From NCBI GenBank assembly GCA_002633005.1, contig NMRA01000073.1:458150-522149 (forward strand): a stretch of 64,000 nt of DNA, read 5' to 3'. The notes beneath the pieces were generated by a model. That model was not told where the DNA came from, did no database searches, and saw nothing but the letters and a program-made list of their open reading frames with translations. The DNA comes from Phoronis australis. Its lineage: Eukaryota > Animalia > Phoronida. Below, one piece after another: positions 1 to 15,233 of the stretch (positions within the stretch are counted from its first letter, which is position 1; each line of letters opens with the position of its first letter). The translations under genes were made by a program, and so were the position numbers.

Positions 1-30
1 TATATTAATAAAGCATAAAAATGGTTCCAG

Positions 31-418
31 GGCCCGGTCACTAATCTTTGTACTCGAAACTAGTTTTGGCAATTTCTCTGTTCCTTTTGTGCGAACTTGA
101 AATAATTGGTTATCAGACTGCTCGAATACATTATAATTTATGCATAGGAGTTTCTAGATCAAGTTTGCCCTTGAAGACCCTTATATTCGTGCTACAAACT
201 CGAGTAAAAACTCGAAATTTCGAGTTCAAACTCGAACTTATTGCTTTAATATTGGGTTTACAAACTGTGAACTAAGGGCAATAAATTATCTATGTAAGTT
301 ATTTTGTACTCGAGCATAGAATAATAGACACTTATCTTGAGTTCGCCCAAAAGTAGAGTAGAAAATGCCAAACCTAATTTCGAGTTCCATTTCGAGTAAA
401 AAGATTGGAGACCGGGCC
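31..418. mobile_element. Non-autonomous PIF/Harbinger-like MITE
   Basis: About 30-bp imperfect TIRs (GGCCCGGTCACTAATCTTTGTACTCGAAA ... TTTCGAGTAAAAAGATTGGAGACCGGGCC) with a 3-bp CAG duplication at 28-30 and 419-421. Internal CTCGA-rich subrepeats. GG(G)CC termini and a 3-bp TSD fit PIF/Harbinger. Confidence 0.75.
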
Positions 419-1899
419 CAGGTGATCAGTGCAATGGGCCCACATGTGCTGCCTGCGCATGTCTGGTACAACATGTATCAGACCGCCTGCAATAATTTTT
501 TTTTAGGTCACACGGAAATAGACGAACTTCGTATTGAATGAGCACGGTTATGAATGCCCACAATTTCACAGAACCATTGTTTGGTGGCACCTATGATAAA
601 GATATTTAAAAACAATAAAGGTGCTACTTGTATTGTGTGAAAAATGAAAACATAAAAATTTCACTTGTGTCCTAAAAAGAGTAAAACTGTGCCATTTTTC
701 ATACACCCTGGGGCTTACTATCAAAAATTCATATGGCAGATCACAAACTCTAAACAATTTCAGTTATGTTATGGACCAATAGGATTGCACTCACTGTACA
801 TTCATTATTGATAGTTTCTCTGTAGCAAACATGATTAATTCTAGTTTATAGTTGGCAATTTTTTCTGAAGCTGAATGTGACATTAAGCAAGCATTGAACA
901 TCATGACTAATGGAGGTAATTTTCACCAAAATAGCTCACACTTTCTTTGTCCCCCAACGGAGTTATTTGTACTCAAGCCAGAAATTAAAGCCGTATCGAA
1001 AACCACTACGCAAAAAATAATGCACTTGTGTGGATTTTAAAAACAAAACATAAACTTTCTGGCAAACATGATGCGCACGTGCAATTCTGGCAAAAATGAT
1101 GCGCACGTGCAATTTCTCAGTTAGGAGCTTCAAAATTAGTAACCCACAAACCAAAACTATATAGTTTTTTGGTCTAACCTTTCTACTATTTTTAGCCAAG
1201 GCGTGAACCCTTATAAATAGGATCAAGTCATTCTTGGCGATAACTTTTGGGCAGTAACTGAAGAACAGCTCTACCAGCTCAGCAAAGTATAATTACAATG
1301 CAATTAACTACTAATTATGTGTGCATAAAAATTGCGCCTGACTTGGTAATTATCAAAATAATATTAATGGTCCTCATCTGAAAACGAAGGTTACCAATTA
1401 TACCACTAGGTAGCCAAGTTGTTTAATATATATATTCAGAAGATAAGGATGGGTAAAGAGACTATCAGAAGAATCAATTTTGGTGCCATTGATAACACTT
1501 TTGATCACATTTATTCCCCACCAGTTGCAAGGTTCCTTCTTGGGCACAAAGAAATTAATTTACCGGCTTCTTGGAGTTCATTTTAAAGGTTTTTTTAAAC
1601 CATTGTCTAGATCCTTGTCATAAACAATCCCAAGAACTTTAAATAAATCCTAAGACTACTTAAGATTTTTATGAGGACATATTACATCAGCACAGTTCTT
1701 TCTACTCTCTATACAGCTGCATTCAGTTTTGTCAAGGTGTGCCTAACCCTCAAATATTGCGTACACTGGAGTCAGGTTATGTAGGAGCTTGTTGACAAGG
1801 CTGTACATTTAGTCAAATATTTAGATTTTTTAACTCAGCAAAATTTATACTTTCTGGAAGTAGAAATTCTGTAAGTTTTAACTTAATACCAACCTACCA

Positions 1900-2133
1900 G
1901 TGAGTCACACGAACACGCTTTTCTCGTTTTCATTTCCATAAAAATCACATCAGTCGTATTTTCTGATAACCCCTCATGCAAAGGTGAAACGTTTCAAAAA
2001 CAATTCCTAAAACTGTTTTGGAAAACAGTGTATAAAGCACAGTACCTGAGTGTTTCATGTAAATACGACCACACCCATTTCTGAGATATGCCATTCCGAG
2101 GTGGGCCAAAATTTGGTCCTGCAAACCCTTAAT
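1900..2133 (-). repeat. Copy of an old dispersed repeat family (probable non-autonomous DNA transposon)
   Basis: The reverse complement shares ATCTCAGAAATGG...GAAAC..TCAGGTACTGTGCTTTATACACTGTT...GGAATTGTTTTT with copies near 3800-3895 (-), 47600-47750 (+), 53052-53260 (+) and 59215-59325 (+). Boundaries are approximate. Confidence 0.6.
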
Positions 2134-2268
2134 TTGGTGCTACATATCTTTTAAGGAAAAACAACAAAATAAAAATTTTATTCTCCACCATATTACACGT
2201 CCTAAGTAGATGGAACATTACCTCACAAGCCAGTAGACCAAGTTGTTGTAGACCAAGTTGTTGCTTAC

Positions 2269-2434
2269 CTCGTGATCATGTGACTTGCGTCCAACCACCC
2301 TGAAGGTCTGGTTTACTGGGTGGTGGTATATCTGCACCCTGGACATGCCCTGCGTCGAGCCAGCGTTCACCCAGGTCTTGTGAGGCTCATCGTAAACCAT
2401 GACCGAGGCTCGCACAGACACGATTGAGTGCTCG
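2269..2434 (-). CDS. ena: Ena/VASP family (enabled/ENAH-like) exon encoding the N-terminal half of the EVH1 domain
   Basis: Acceptor ttctgtttcag|C and donor GAG|gtaagc; 166 nt (phase 2 in, phase 0 out). Encodes (S)EHSIVSVRASVMVYDEPHKTWVNAGSTQGMSRVQIYHHPVNQTFRVVGRKSHDHE, matching the Ena/VASP EVH1 motifs RASVMVYD, W, SRVQIYH and TFRVVGRK. No downstream exons were found, so they probably lie left of the window. Confidence 0.95.
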
Positions 2435-5400
2435 CTGAAACAGAAGTCGGAAGCGACGTTTTTACTTATGACACGCCAACGCGAAACATGCATAACAGTG
2501 AGGAAATCACGGAGAACCAGTCAGAACAGAAGTTAAGGAATTTTGTCCAAGTACGTCAAGCTCCATCCAGTTGTGGCAAGACTCAAGCAGGAAGCTTGAC
2601 AAAAAATAACGCAACATCATTTGAAAATCAGCCAAAATTTTTTCATCGACTTTCTGACAACGCCAGATTTCATCATTTTTCAAACAACTCTTGACTTTAA
2701 ATCCATTCCTTTGCACTGAATCAGAACATTGGGCGGACGTTTTTTACAATGATTTATATGGTTCATTAATATTTAAGCAATTCAACACCCAAACAGATTC
2801 TTGAAACAGATTGTGACAGCAACTGAAAGCCATGTTTAGGTCACACCAGTGTTACACTTAAGTTCTGTGGCTGATTATGTATGGCTATTTACTTTTCATC
2901 ATACAGTGAAACACATCATAGAGTACTGCTAATCGCTGTCATATCAGTACTTTGCAACAGTTACTTTCTCAAATAAGGAAATATTTTAACTCCATCAGGC
3001 ATACATTCAAAACCCTGTCATTACAGGAGGGCAATAAAACTTGGACACATTTCAGACACACACTCGCTCGTTCGAAATCCAGTCTTTAAGCATAACTATT
3101 CTTTTCCAAATGCTAAAATGGTACATAAGCAGCTATTGAAGAGTTAGTTTATGATAATGTTCTGTCACATTTGAAACTCTTAATTGGCCACAACATATTC
3201 AGGCATCACTGAAACAGTCCAACACTACATGTGGATAATCAAGAGGCAAAGGAAAATATCAGACAGACATGGTGAATATTTAACACAGTAGGCATGTAAC
3301 CACAGCCCTGAGAGAACTAGGAACTTGAGGGAGTGTTTGAGCAAATTACAAAATCAATTTCATGTTATGAGATTACATTCAGCCAGTTCTGCGTTTTGCC
3401 ATCCAGCCTGGAGTAGGCTATAACATATACTCAGTCAGGGTAAAACTGATTATCACTACGTAATTCCTTGGTTAATGCCATAAGCTAAGGTTGTGAAATA
3501 TCTTTGTACTTGCAATAAAACATTCAGAGCTCATGTACAGCGGTTACCTTCACAAACAAAGGACAGAAAATTTTAAAGCTTTAATCAAAAGGACTGCCTA
3601 GTCAACTGAATTATCAAAACCATATCTCCAGCGACGAGTCCTTACAAAACCAAACATCTACAAAACAACAGATTTTAATTTGGTAAAACGATAGGTTTTC
3701 TGTAAGTAGAAAGTCTGAAGAATTTGATTATTAACTTTTTACCAATCTGCCATTAATCGTGTCACTAATACTGTTACATTTTACCAAATCATTATCTTTT
3801 TTTAGTTTTATGCAACATTTGAATTTTTTTCATGAAAATCACAAGAGTCTTCAAGCAAAAGTGGAACATTTTAAAAACAATTCCCAACAGCTACATGGAT
3901 GTGCTGTCGTAAATGAGCATGGTGATATGGCCTAAGTAAGAATTATTGGAATTCTGTAATATTGACCGGTAGTCTCAATAGCTCCAGCATTAGAGGTTCC
4001 GGGTTCGTGCCCGGTTGGAACAGATAATTCTATGGTATCCAAAAGTTTTTTTGAATCTGGTCAGCCTGAGCTTAATGATGGGCTGAAGTCAAATCTGGAA
4101 TTATTCCAGGACCCTACATAATATTAAACCTGTGTTAAAAGCTGGTTTTGAGTCCATGGTTACAGGACGAGTCTTTTGATGAAGAATTCAACGTTGCCAG
4201 TATAACTCACGAATCAGAAATCAAAAAGTTGCATTCAACGCCATAAAATCCTGCTACAGATGCTAACACATACTCTAAATCAACAACGAACTTCGGTAAA
4301 ATCGCTTACACCAATTTCTGACAAAACGAATTGCCAAAATAGACATCTTTCACCTTTCAAAGGCTTCTAACATAGGTGTGAGTGCCACATTGTCTGAAAC
4401 CAGTTTCTGGCAATCAGAAAACTACACCTGATCAAACACTGGATTCCTAGACTCAGCACCTGTCCTAATCTATCAAAAATCTGCAAAAAATAAACATATA
4501 ACTTAAACAAAATATACACCTGACTTTTGTTTCCTTCACCATTCTCCTAGATATTCCTTATCACTGCAGATACCAGGAAGCTGAAGATCTACTGTCCAAC
4601 CAGCTAAAGGTGAAGCTATAAGTACTTTCCCATTGTCACAATAGTTTCAGTTTCCTCATTCTTAATATCCAGTCGGTCCATCACACATCACCCACTTCAC
4701 CAGTTTCTCAAGCGTTACACGATTATGTACCATAGGCACCACCAATAAAAAACTTTTAACTCTCCAATAACACCGCCACAGCCTCAATAAGACTAGGGCA
4801 AGGTACAGGGTCATCTACTGTGAGAATTACACAGCCAGCGGTAAATCCATAAAACATACACAAACACTGATGGACAGTGTGTCCTGGCTTCAACCGATGA
4901 CCTTTGATTAAATATTTCCGCTGACACACCAAATTGCTGAAAAGGTAATGCTTATTTCTGGTGAACAACAACCAGTTCCAAGTAAACGATACTTCAGCTT
5001 AAACCCGGTGCACTTGGGGTGAAGAGTACAGAGAAGGAAGAGAACCGGAGACTTTCCAAGACAATTTCAAGTGCCAACCACTATGCACTGCAGAATCCTC
5101 GCGGACACTTCACTCTACAGTGGCTACAAAACAGGACCAGACACACAAGTTAACAGCAGAAACCTTCAATCGAGCTCGATAAAACTGTAACCTGGGCCTC
5201 CAAAGTCTAATCCTTGTGCCTGAAATTTGGCTCGAAAATCGACCGATTGCACGACACCCTTAGGGTAAACATATAAGCGTGTACCCAAACCATGCAGCAT
5301 TATTGGTTGGTTAAGATTCGAGCCTGAACAAGATTCTAGAATTGAGTTCCAAGAGTAGAACCCAAGTCTTAATCAAGAGCCAGTCATTGCCAACTGCTGA

Positions 5401-5771
5401 TACACGGTCATGCAAGCCTGAGCTGAGCTCAGCTGTCAAAATGCATGTAGTTTACATCTAATGAGTAGTAAGCCAGGGAATATGCACATCTGTCTGTTCA
5501 GACAACACTGGTTGTCCACAGCCAATGCTGTGTTTATTGATTGGTCAGACTGACCAAGTGAACCACCCATTAGTTGCTGTACTAACTAAGGGCAGGTTAC
5601 TTATAGGACTTCATTGGGCACACAACTAAAGGGTCTTCAAAGGTTGTTTTGATAAATCATTGACAGGGATTCCTTGCTGAGCTGGCCAAGCATCAAGTCA
5701 AGAAATTATTGTTACAACACATAAATATGTAAAACTATATGCAAATGTTACATAAATATATATGTATTAAA

Positions 5772-6128
5772 GCTGCATCTCGCCCTGTTTAGCAGGCCAC
5801 AAATCCAATTAAGCCTTTTACTACTCGTAATGTTCCTTACCGTGGAAGTATTCAACTTAAGAGCCCAACTAAAGTCTCAGGCAATGCATACATGCACCAC
5901 TTAACTTTAGGATTGGCCAACCACAAATAAATTCTGAAGCGATGGTGGATGCGCACAAATAAATTCTGAAGCGATGGTGGATGCGCACATACCCATTATC
6001 TGACCTGGGAGTTGGTAACTGACATTGAACCCTGTCACAATAAGGAGCATTATGGGACCGAATTCAAGAGAGCAAAAGCCCCAATTCAATTTCCGCTTTT
6101 TAGTCAGCTAAACAGGGCAAAATGCAGC
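5772..6128. mobile_element. Degenerate TIR element with an internal 32-bp tandem duplication
   Basis: About 22-bp inverted termini GCTGCATCTCGCCCTGTTTAGC / GCTAAACAGGGCAAAATGCAGC; the left end follows TTAAA. Two exact 32-bp copies lie at 5922-5985. Confidence 0.5.
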
Positions 6129-9100
6129 AGTAATTTCCTACAGATCAAGTTCCCAATAGAAGGGTTGTGTGGTATATAACTGGTATATGTATATTATCAA
6201 GGATCGTTTTAGAAAAACGTGACTACAGGCGAATTGCCCCCCATGGCCTTAAGTCCACAAGCCAATCCGGAGGCTACGTTATTTTTTGTTCTTTTTGCTT
6301 TCGGGCCTGTTGGTCAAGTTAAGCCATAACAATGCGTTAACTAATTTAGTTTTGGGCCAATGACGTAGGGCAGTGCTCCTAAAATTATCCCTGATAAAAA
6401 GGAAGATCAAAATTATCACTTTCCTAATTCTCAAGTTCCTTCTATCAATGTCGAGGGTTTTCTTATTCTAATAAGGATGTGATTTTACAAGTCTGTGAAA
6501 TGCTCATATAATCATACAGAACAACAATTTTATTGCCAACACTACCACCAGGGATAAAAAGGTTTGAACACCTAAGATACTGACTAAATGGAAAACTTAT
6601 AAATCTTTTTCATGTTTTCTATATTTATAATAAAAAACAATGTACTATAACAATAGTTCAGCCCAGAAAATGTTAGAAGTCATTATGTCTGGGTGTAGTC
6701 TTTTTTTACACTGATTATGGAAATCTAAAAATTTCCATAATCAATGTGAAAGTAAAATTGGGTTAAGAGAAAAACTGTCTCCAGTGGGCAATCAACCCAT
6801 GGGAAAACAGAAAGAAATGGAGAAAATCTGATGGCAGGGTCTCGCTATTGCTACATACTAAAATATCAAGTGCTAAAGAGTCTCCCTATTGTCACCTCAT
6901 TACTCTTGTGAATACACCACCTCAGCATACAGTGTGTGAGTGCAGGGGAGTGAACAGGAAAAGCCAATGGGACAGAAAGGACATGTATTATAAGGGTTTT
7001 CTGAAAGCATTCCACAAAAGAAACTCTTTTTTAGGGTTGATATCACCCTACCAATTTTTTTTGGGGGGGGAGCCCACTCTTACCTATACCTTGGTAAGTA
7101 CGTTTACGCATTTTGAACATACACTACATAGCTATATTGCAATAGTTAGTAGCTGTCACCAAAAATTCTTGAGTTGATTAGGTTACTGTAGTCAATATAT
7201 TCATTACAATCCAGGTTGATATTCACAAGAAATTAAAAGTTACATAAAATATTTGTTAAGAACTGAACACTGACTTTCTTGTACAGATTTAGTTGCATTT
7301 GTAAGGCTAGTCAGTTTTTAAGACAAATCTCTGAAGAGTTTGGTATGTTGTCAGGAATTATTTTAAAAAATGTACCTATGGCTCAATTAGCCCACAGAGT
7401 CCAAAATATGTGGGTCAACTAGCAATAGCCACTTCCTGAGAACGAGTCCGATGCCCTGTTATTAAGTGGAAAAACTGGTTCTCAAAATGCTGGTACCCCT
7501 ATAAGTGATTATTATCACTCAATCTAGGTCATGTGAGTCATGTTAGTTTTTTCGTTGTGTGGAATTTCTAATTTAAAATTCTTTGGGCAGCATGTTCCAC
7601 GTGCGATATTGCATGCTATACCAGTACGTTGTGAGACAAGTGATTAGTCAGCATGATAACGAAACATGTAAATCTAGCAAGGATCTGTGCTCTCACAATA
7701 TCCAGACCATAAAAAGTACCGAGGGATCCAGGGGGCACATGCCCCCAATAATTTGCAGCGGCAACAAGGGTGCGAAATTGACAAAAGTGATGGCAAACAA
7801 GACTAGGACAATCTTTAAACTCATCTGATCCCAACCTTCAATATATTTTAACTTCCTGTACACTAGACAGTAGCCTTGGTACAAAGCTGCATACTAAATA
7901 TACAGCTTTGCACCCACGTAGGTAAAAGAGTGGTTAAGATAAAACCTGACATAAAATTAGGGTCATTAATAACTACAGTCTTCCTTGAGTAAACTAAATT
8001 ATTTTAAGGTGATGGAAAAAATGGCGTTCTACCTTTATTCTGCTGCTTAAGTTGTGGAGCGATCTTTAGCGACGACTTTCTTCGCCATGAAATATTGCGT
8101 CACCTATTGGCCAGTTTCTTTTTTCGTCGATTCTTCGATCAACTATTGTTCTTTCACGAGGTTTTGTACACGTCACAACAAATTATCGGAACTGGTTTCA
8201 CTTCATTATAAGTTTTTAGAATTTTGATACTGAAGAACCGAATTTTAGAAGAAATTTTGCAGCTTCCACGCTATCATCATCTCCAGAGAGATGTCACAAA
8301 AATTTAGGAAATGGCGCGTGTGCGTGACACGAGCGTACTGTTTTAGAAACGATGACATACTTTTCATTGTTAGAAAAGGCTGAGAGTTACGCAAGAAAAT
8401 GACGTTTATTGCATTTATATTCACTTAAACGGCTGTAACGGGCAAGGTGAGAGTCAGTTGATTCTCAGATTTTGCATGCACCCCGTCCAGTCTTTAGCTT
8501 TACATGTTGATACAAGTTTCACGGCGAGGTTTCGAGCAGAACTACCTTTGCTGTGTGCAATTTCGGAGTCTACAGAAGAAATACACACAGTGATACCTAG
8601 CTGTGTTTTGACGATAGTCTTCACACAGCTAGCTACCTGGCTTACCTGGCTAGCTAGACCCCTATGTCTCTGAAATTGGGTTTGTTGTTCGATCAACTTT
8701 ATCAGCAGCCGTTGTGGAAGAATTTGAAAGCAATGTGTGATATTTCTGTAGCCAGAGAATAAACGATTAATGACAGAATTTTGATGCCGAAGTTATCACA
8801 ATAGGCTAATGAAATATTTATGCGAAAATGCTACAGCACCTCTCCTAACATTATCATGGTTCAGTAGATAAAACACTCTTCAGAGACAAAGTCTTGACCA
8901 ATATAACAAACAGAAAGTGTGTAATGCAGTGGTTTTCAGTAGAATATTATTTATGATCAGGGCACCTAGGAGCAGCAATTCAGTATGGTATGACCGGTTT
9001 TTGGCTGGCAGTTGTTTACATTTGATGTGTGATGTAACTGGCAAACCACATTCACCTTTAAGTGCATACTAATTGAATGTCTGGGCAGCACACACATGAC

Positions 9101-12100
9101 ACACAATCCAGATGAATATTCAATCTCGCCAGCCTGCTTAATCAATACATCTAGGAGTAGGGATATCGAGGGTGAACATACTGTCACAGAGAGATGTTCA
9201 ACTGAGTCATGAGCCATTGGTCATGACTCAACTACCTTTGATATGCCATGTGTATGGTAGCTTTCTCACAACACAAAGATGTCTTAGATTATTTAGAGGT
9301 TATGTACAAATTTGTTTATGCAGGAACAGCTCCTCTATAGTTTGAGTGAGGCATTTTCTACTAAGAAATTTTCAGAATGGCAAAGAACAAAGAGCTCTGC
9401 ACTGATCAGCTTATATTAAAATTCAAACATTTAATTCAGCCATTGTGGCTGTGTTTCAAACTGTGTCATGCCAAAAGATAAGCAGGAATGATAAAAACAA
9501 TTTTAAAACATCACAGACGAGCATTGGACAGGATCAAATGTTCAAATATGTGACTTATCATTCCGAAACCAAAAAAGACACATCAACGATCATGGACATG
9601 TAAAATGAAATTCAAAATGCTACAACCGCAGTAAACAACAGATACGATGATTGTATTTTGCACGACATAACTTTGAACAGTTTTAATTAAACGAACGTGA
9701 TGTGATGTACAAAACAATGACCTGAGGTATGTTATCAGTACGTCCTGGTATTTTCAAGGAAGTAATGAATGTTTGGGTCATGTTCTGAAGCATGATATGC
9801 TTAACAGTCAATCTTTTAGCACCATCAAAACAGCTGAAACCAACAGGTTTTGCCAAAATTACTCCCCGCTACCGGAGTATTACTGGGGTCCACCTATTTA
9901 AGTGCATATGATCCAAATACGTACATGAGATCTGACTGAGGATAGATTTAGAGTTAATGACTTTTCCAACACCCTTAATTCAGTGGAAATCATCTGCTTG
10001 TGTTATATTAACATTCCCAGACATTTGTGATGGGTTCAGCCACTTCGCTTCACAGACAAAATGTCATCCCTATCAAACAAATATGAAGAAAGGGGAAGGG
10101 TATAAAAGCAACTCATCAACCCCCCTCCCCAAGACAAAACTTGTTAAATGTACAATATGTGGACATAATTTACTCAGTGTTAACATACCACTAAGTGAGA
10201 CAACCTTCGCAAAAATTTGTTCACTATCTCATTAATGTTACCAAAGCTATTCAGGTTGGCGTACGGCTAAAGCTGAACATTCACAACTGTTCAAAACAGT
10301 TTCAGGTAGACCTTAATAAATGTTTGATACCAAACAAATGTGCTACGATGACAATGTTAACTCATGATACCAGGTAAGCGCCGTACACTCCAGCAAGGCA
10401 TCATAAAAGGACTCCTCGAGTCTACACTGAAATCTCATCAAGACTCAGGCTGTCATTAAACAATTCACTTGAAACATGATGCTACTCAGTCCCCAAGTTC
10501 AACCACTTAAAATACTCAGCAGTTTGCCAGTTGTTTTCCTTTTAGAAAAACCTCAAGTAATCAGAGAGGGGAGGCAAGCACGTCTCATTGCCTGAACCCT
10601 CAATACTAGTCACCCCTCACATAACTACCACAGCTTGTACAATATACTAACTTCCTTATCACTTCAGCACAGGCCTTCTCCATGTAGTCTTTAATCAACA
10701 TTGAAGATAATTCAATCATGCCAACTTCACACTGACTCTGGGATAATTACACCAGCACATGTGGCACAACACATCTAACACCCTCCACAACTATCCACCA
10801 ATACACAGGATTAATATTTCAAAGGACCAGAAACATTGTAATCAACATCATTACCTCTCAGGGCTGGTAGACTCTCCTTCCATGTTAGATGGTTGACTAG
10901 GTTGTGTGACTAATGCCTACAGTAATCCCCTGGTGTCCCAGACAGGGAAGTTCCTATTCATAGGATTAGGGCATAAATATCATGCAATGGGCTTGCCCAT
11001 CACACAGTGTTAACCAGTCCAAATCTTGGGTATGCTGTCCTCAGACAAGGTGAACGCAATACTATACCTATATTGGACCAGAGTTTTAGAAACACACTGA
11101 CTGAATGAGTCGGCCTGTCTACAGTTTCTCATAAATATAATGAACAGCAGATCCTCTGACAATAGGACAGTGGCAATTCTATTGGCCCAGGTGTATTCAG
11201 TTGCATGGAATAACATTCCATTTAAATGTGAAACAGAGCAAAGTTAGTACCCAGTGGTTTGGGAGTCTAGCTGAATACTAATACGCACAGGGGACTGTAG
11301 AATTGGATTTCTTTTCTCCAGAAGTCAAGTAAATCTGCATAATTTATACAATTAGCGGACCACAGGAACAAGAATGTTGTATAATGTAACATAGTAATGA
11401 AATTTTTAGCAGATTTTTCTAGAATAAGCCATCACAAATTAAAGATGATAAGCACACGCCTTTGGAGATATTTGATATCAAAATAAATTTTTTAATCAAG
11501 CCACTACTCGTTAAGGACCGGTATTTCAATAGCGGATACAGCACAGACATGCACACATCGTATAAAAACAACACATGTTTACTTATATCAGAATTTTAAT
11601 CCAAAACTTTGGCACCAAAGTCCCAATTACATTGAAATGAGTCAATCACATAAAAAATACATAAATTTGAGTGGTAGGGTGAACAGAGAACTTGTCTGAG
11701 TTGTAGGGCACAATTTGAGATGATCCGAGAGCTGGATGAAAACGTGTATCAAGTGCGAGATGATAATACAAGCTTTGTAACACCAAAAAAAAAAAACGAT
11801 AAAAGTCTGGCTTGGCAAAACATCAGTTAGTCTGTAACCATTACATTGACACAGGTCAAAGGAGATAAATTTTTAATCAAGAGTTAATTAATATTAGCTG
11901 GGTAAACCCGTGCATTGGATGGATTGATGGATATTGACGCCAACCAATGTAGATGTCAAAGTTGTCATCACGAAATAGTCACTGAAGAGACAGATCAACT
12001 AGAGCAACTATTAGCAAACAACTACAACTTCTACTATTAGAAGGCAGGGAAATGGGCACAAAACTAAGGAGATTCCAAACAACTGAACATACATACATAC

Positions 12101-13305
12101 ATACTATGAGGTACCCCAGAGCAATTTGCACAGAGCACATTGGCCCTAACTAGGCAAGTGTCTACCACACTACACACCCTACACTTTGTCACAAATGTGG
12201 CACATCTGTCAGTATGTAAATGAGCAAGCAAGTAACTTGTAATCATTTCCACCCTATTTGCAGGTTTACATCCACACTGCAACTTGCACAGGGGTGTTTT
12301 TCTAGCTGATACAACACACTATAACTACAGTAAAATCTCACCAATTTTGGACAAAAAATAATAGCCAAAATTGCACTTTCTTCATTTTTCAAGGACTTCT
12401 GACATTGGTGTGAATGATCACAATTTTTCAAAATATTGTCAGTTGGTAGCTATGATAGAGATTTTGAGTAAGTACCATTTTGACACATATACACATTTTC
12501 ATATATTATTCTTGAAAAAACAAGAACCTAAAATTTCATTTGTCCGTCATATTGTTTCCTGTATTTATTGGATTTTGGCGTACAAGTACGGTAGTGGTGG
12601 AGAAATTTCACTATAGGATTGACTTGCGCCTGCAAAAACTCAGAAGCAGTGAACAGATCACAGTGCTCACTATAGCAACAAATCACTCAACTCTCAGATA
12701 GGGTGATAAACTAACCAGAGGTAAAAAGCATCACCGAGAGTGAGCAGGCGAGATGTGCATCTTTCAACTGCTTTGGTTTGAGGAATCATTCTAGGACAAA
12801 CAGCAGAACCTTAGCAGAGCCCCAATCAAAAAATCAAATACCACTAGTACAGGAATTTGTTTTTCAAATTTAGAACATTGTATGGCGAAATAGTGAAACA
12901 CCAAGTTTTCAATAAAAGTAAATAGGAAAAATACTTTTCTTCCAAAATCATTTCCAGAGTTTATATTGTACAACTGCCATCAACCAATTATGACGGTCAA
13001 TCATTTTTAACAAATCAATACAGTTTGGTTTGAAAGTTGAAAAAATGACGACTTTGGCAATTATTTTTGATTGAATTTTTGAATTTCAAGAAAATTTACT
13101 GTTATTTCACCAATAGTATAAATGAATACAAGTCGTTGCAATACCACTGTGGTTGAGTTACCCAAACTGGTAGCATTTTCCCTAGCACTTAAATAACATG
13201 AATCCTTACTTCAAAGGACCCATATGACAGAGGATGGAGGTCTGTTTATTGTTGCATTAATCAATTTATTGCAGGGAGTGAACACCATATCAAGCTTCAC
13301 TTTAA

Positions 13306-13695
13306 AGGGAAAGCAACGTTTTTGATGTTAGCTAAAATATAAAAACCCCATTATGTTGGAAATACAGTTTTCGTTTTAATTGCTGTATCTGTGTTGAGTA
13401 CGTATTTTCCATGAAGCAACAGTAGGTGATACAAACGGACCAATAAAGGGCCAGATCTTGGTTAAGAATTCGCTTCAGTTTAGAAAACATGGTGTCCTGC
13501 TCCATATTGAATAGTCTGTGCAGGTCATTCGTTTTTGCTCAGTGGAAATGAATGCAGAACCGAGATGCAGGCTCTTTGTCTAGCCTCATACATCACATTC
13601 TACATTGTTCAATAGACACTACATACCCACCAGGGATTTCAATCGGGGGCCCTGTATTTCTAATACACTAACATCAAAAACAGTTGTCTTCCCCT
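13306..13695. mobile_element. Kolobok-like non-autonomous element
   Basis: TTAA|AGGGAAAGCAACGTTTTTGATGTTAG ... CTAACATCAAAAACAGTTGTCTTCCCCT|CTAA: imperfect TIRs with AG..CT termini and a degenerate TTAA target site. Confidence 0.55.
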
Positions 13696-15192
13696 CTAAA
13701 AGCGATTGGGGTGGTGAAGAAACGAGAAACAAGCACAAACTGTTGGGGAAACCAGTCTAAAACTAGGCTCATTGACAAAATGCTAGCTAGGTTTTGCACT
13801 CATGTGAACCTAGTGTTAAGTTGAACCCCCACTAGGCCACACAGCATGACTTGACAGTCTCCAGTCAGCTCCAGCATGTAGCATATAGTATTGCATTTCC
13901 AGTCTGTATAGCACATTTCACATGGNATCTGGGGTGTGTGTGGGCGGTCACGTCTATCTACCCAGTGCTGATAATGTAAATTTGTAAATTAAGACACAGC
14001 TAAAACAAATGACAAGAGACAACATTTGCATGTAAGTTCTTATTGAATGTGTATTGATAATTTTCTGTAAATAGCGCAGCCCAAAAGTGCAATAATCCAT
14101 CCTATATAACAAAAATTGTTTCCAACTTCACAAAAGTTCAGATTTCTGGAATTAATGCCAACAAAAAGTGGTGTCTCCGGAAAAGGGTCCCTTTCCAACT
14201 CCATTCTCTAATAAGGAGATGGAAAAGCAGTACATTTTGACAGAAAAAAATGACATACACGGGTGTCACTCTTGCTGAATATGAGATGAGAAAGAAGGGC
14301 GATTGATCTTGGGTAGTGCACCCACAACATGTGTGAAAACAAATGTAACGCCATGGAAACAAAGAGGTGAATCACTGAACTAGTACAAACCCAACAACGG
14401 ATGAGCTGACCCAGCTCTACAGTTCCACTCCAAATATTAGGGGCAGGAAAATCCAAGATGCTACCCTATTATTTGAAGAAAAGGGAATTTCAAAACATCA
14501 GAATACAACAAATTTCTCAGTACCCAACCTAATGCTAATAGCAAAACATAAAACAAAAGATAGGGTCACTTGCTTCATTCCAAACAAGAATTGGCCATAA
14601 AATGTTAGTGTTGAAACCAAATTGACATTACAAATTATCAAAAAATACAAATTAGCTTAAACCAACTTTAAAAGTTTTAGTAAAGAACGTCACACGGACC
14701 CTTGAAGACAGAACCAATCGTAATACAGCACAACATTTTAATGAGATTGTGTCAAAACTGAAACAACAAATAAACACACATGGTAAAATCTTTCAAATTT
14801 CCGACAAAAACAATCTCCTAAATTAACCTTTTTATTTTTCAAAGTCTTCTAATTTTGTCTTGAATGACTGGTAATGTACAGCAGCATGACGACGTCAACT
14901 TATTTACAAACAGATCATCAGTTTTCTTTGCAGAACCTTGCATGCAGTGCTCTCCATATCTGAAAACTCACGCGTCTGGGAACATACAGAAGTGTCGCAA
15001 ATGCTGGGTAACAGGTCTTGGCGAGATATTAAAGCAGATCGTGGAGAACACTGAACGTACATTTCAAGGAATATTCTGATGCAATATAACCTTCACGGAT
15101 CGGGCAAGAAGCCTAACAACCACCGGATAATTAAGCTAAGAAAACTGGGCAGGCAGCGTCAAGAACAGAGACAGCCAGTGTTAGACTCTTAC

Positions 15193-15233
15193 CTGGCATT
15201 GTCACAGTATGAACACTTACAGCGATAATGCAT
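15193..15233 (-). CDS. ena: Candidate alternative first coding exon of Ena (MHYRCKCSYCDNA-S)
   Basis: ATG CAT TAT CGC TGT AAG TGT TCA TAC TGT GAC AAT GCC AG|gtaaga. Phase 2 with a strong donor and an in-frame stop upstream. Shares the CxCSYCxxx motif with 16348-16505. Confidence 0.55.

Noticed and set aside
3965-4022. tRNA-like sequence with a B-box (GGTTCGTGCCC)
   Set aside because: No complete cloverleaf or clear A-box; at most a decayed tRNA-derived SINE head.
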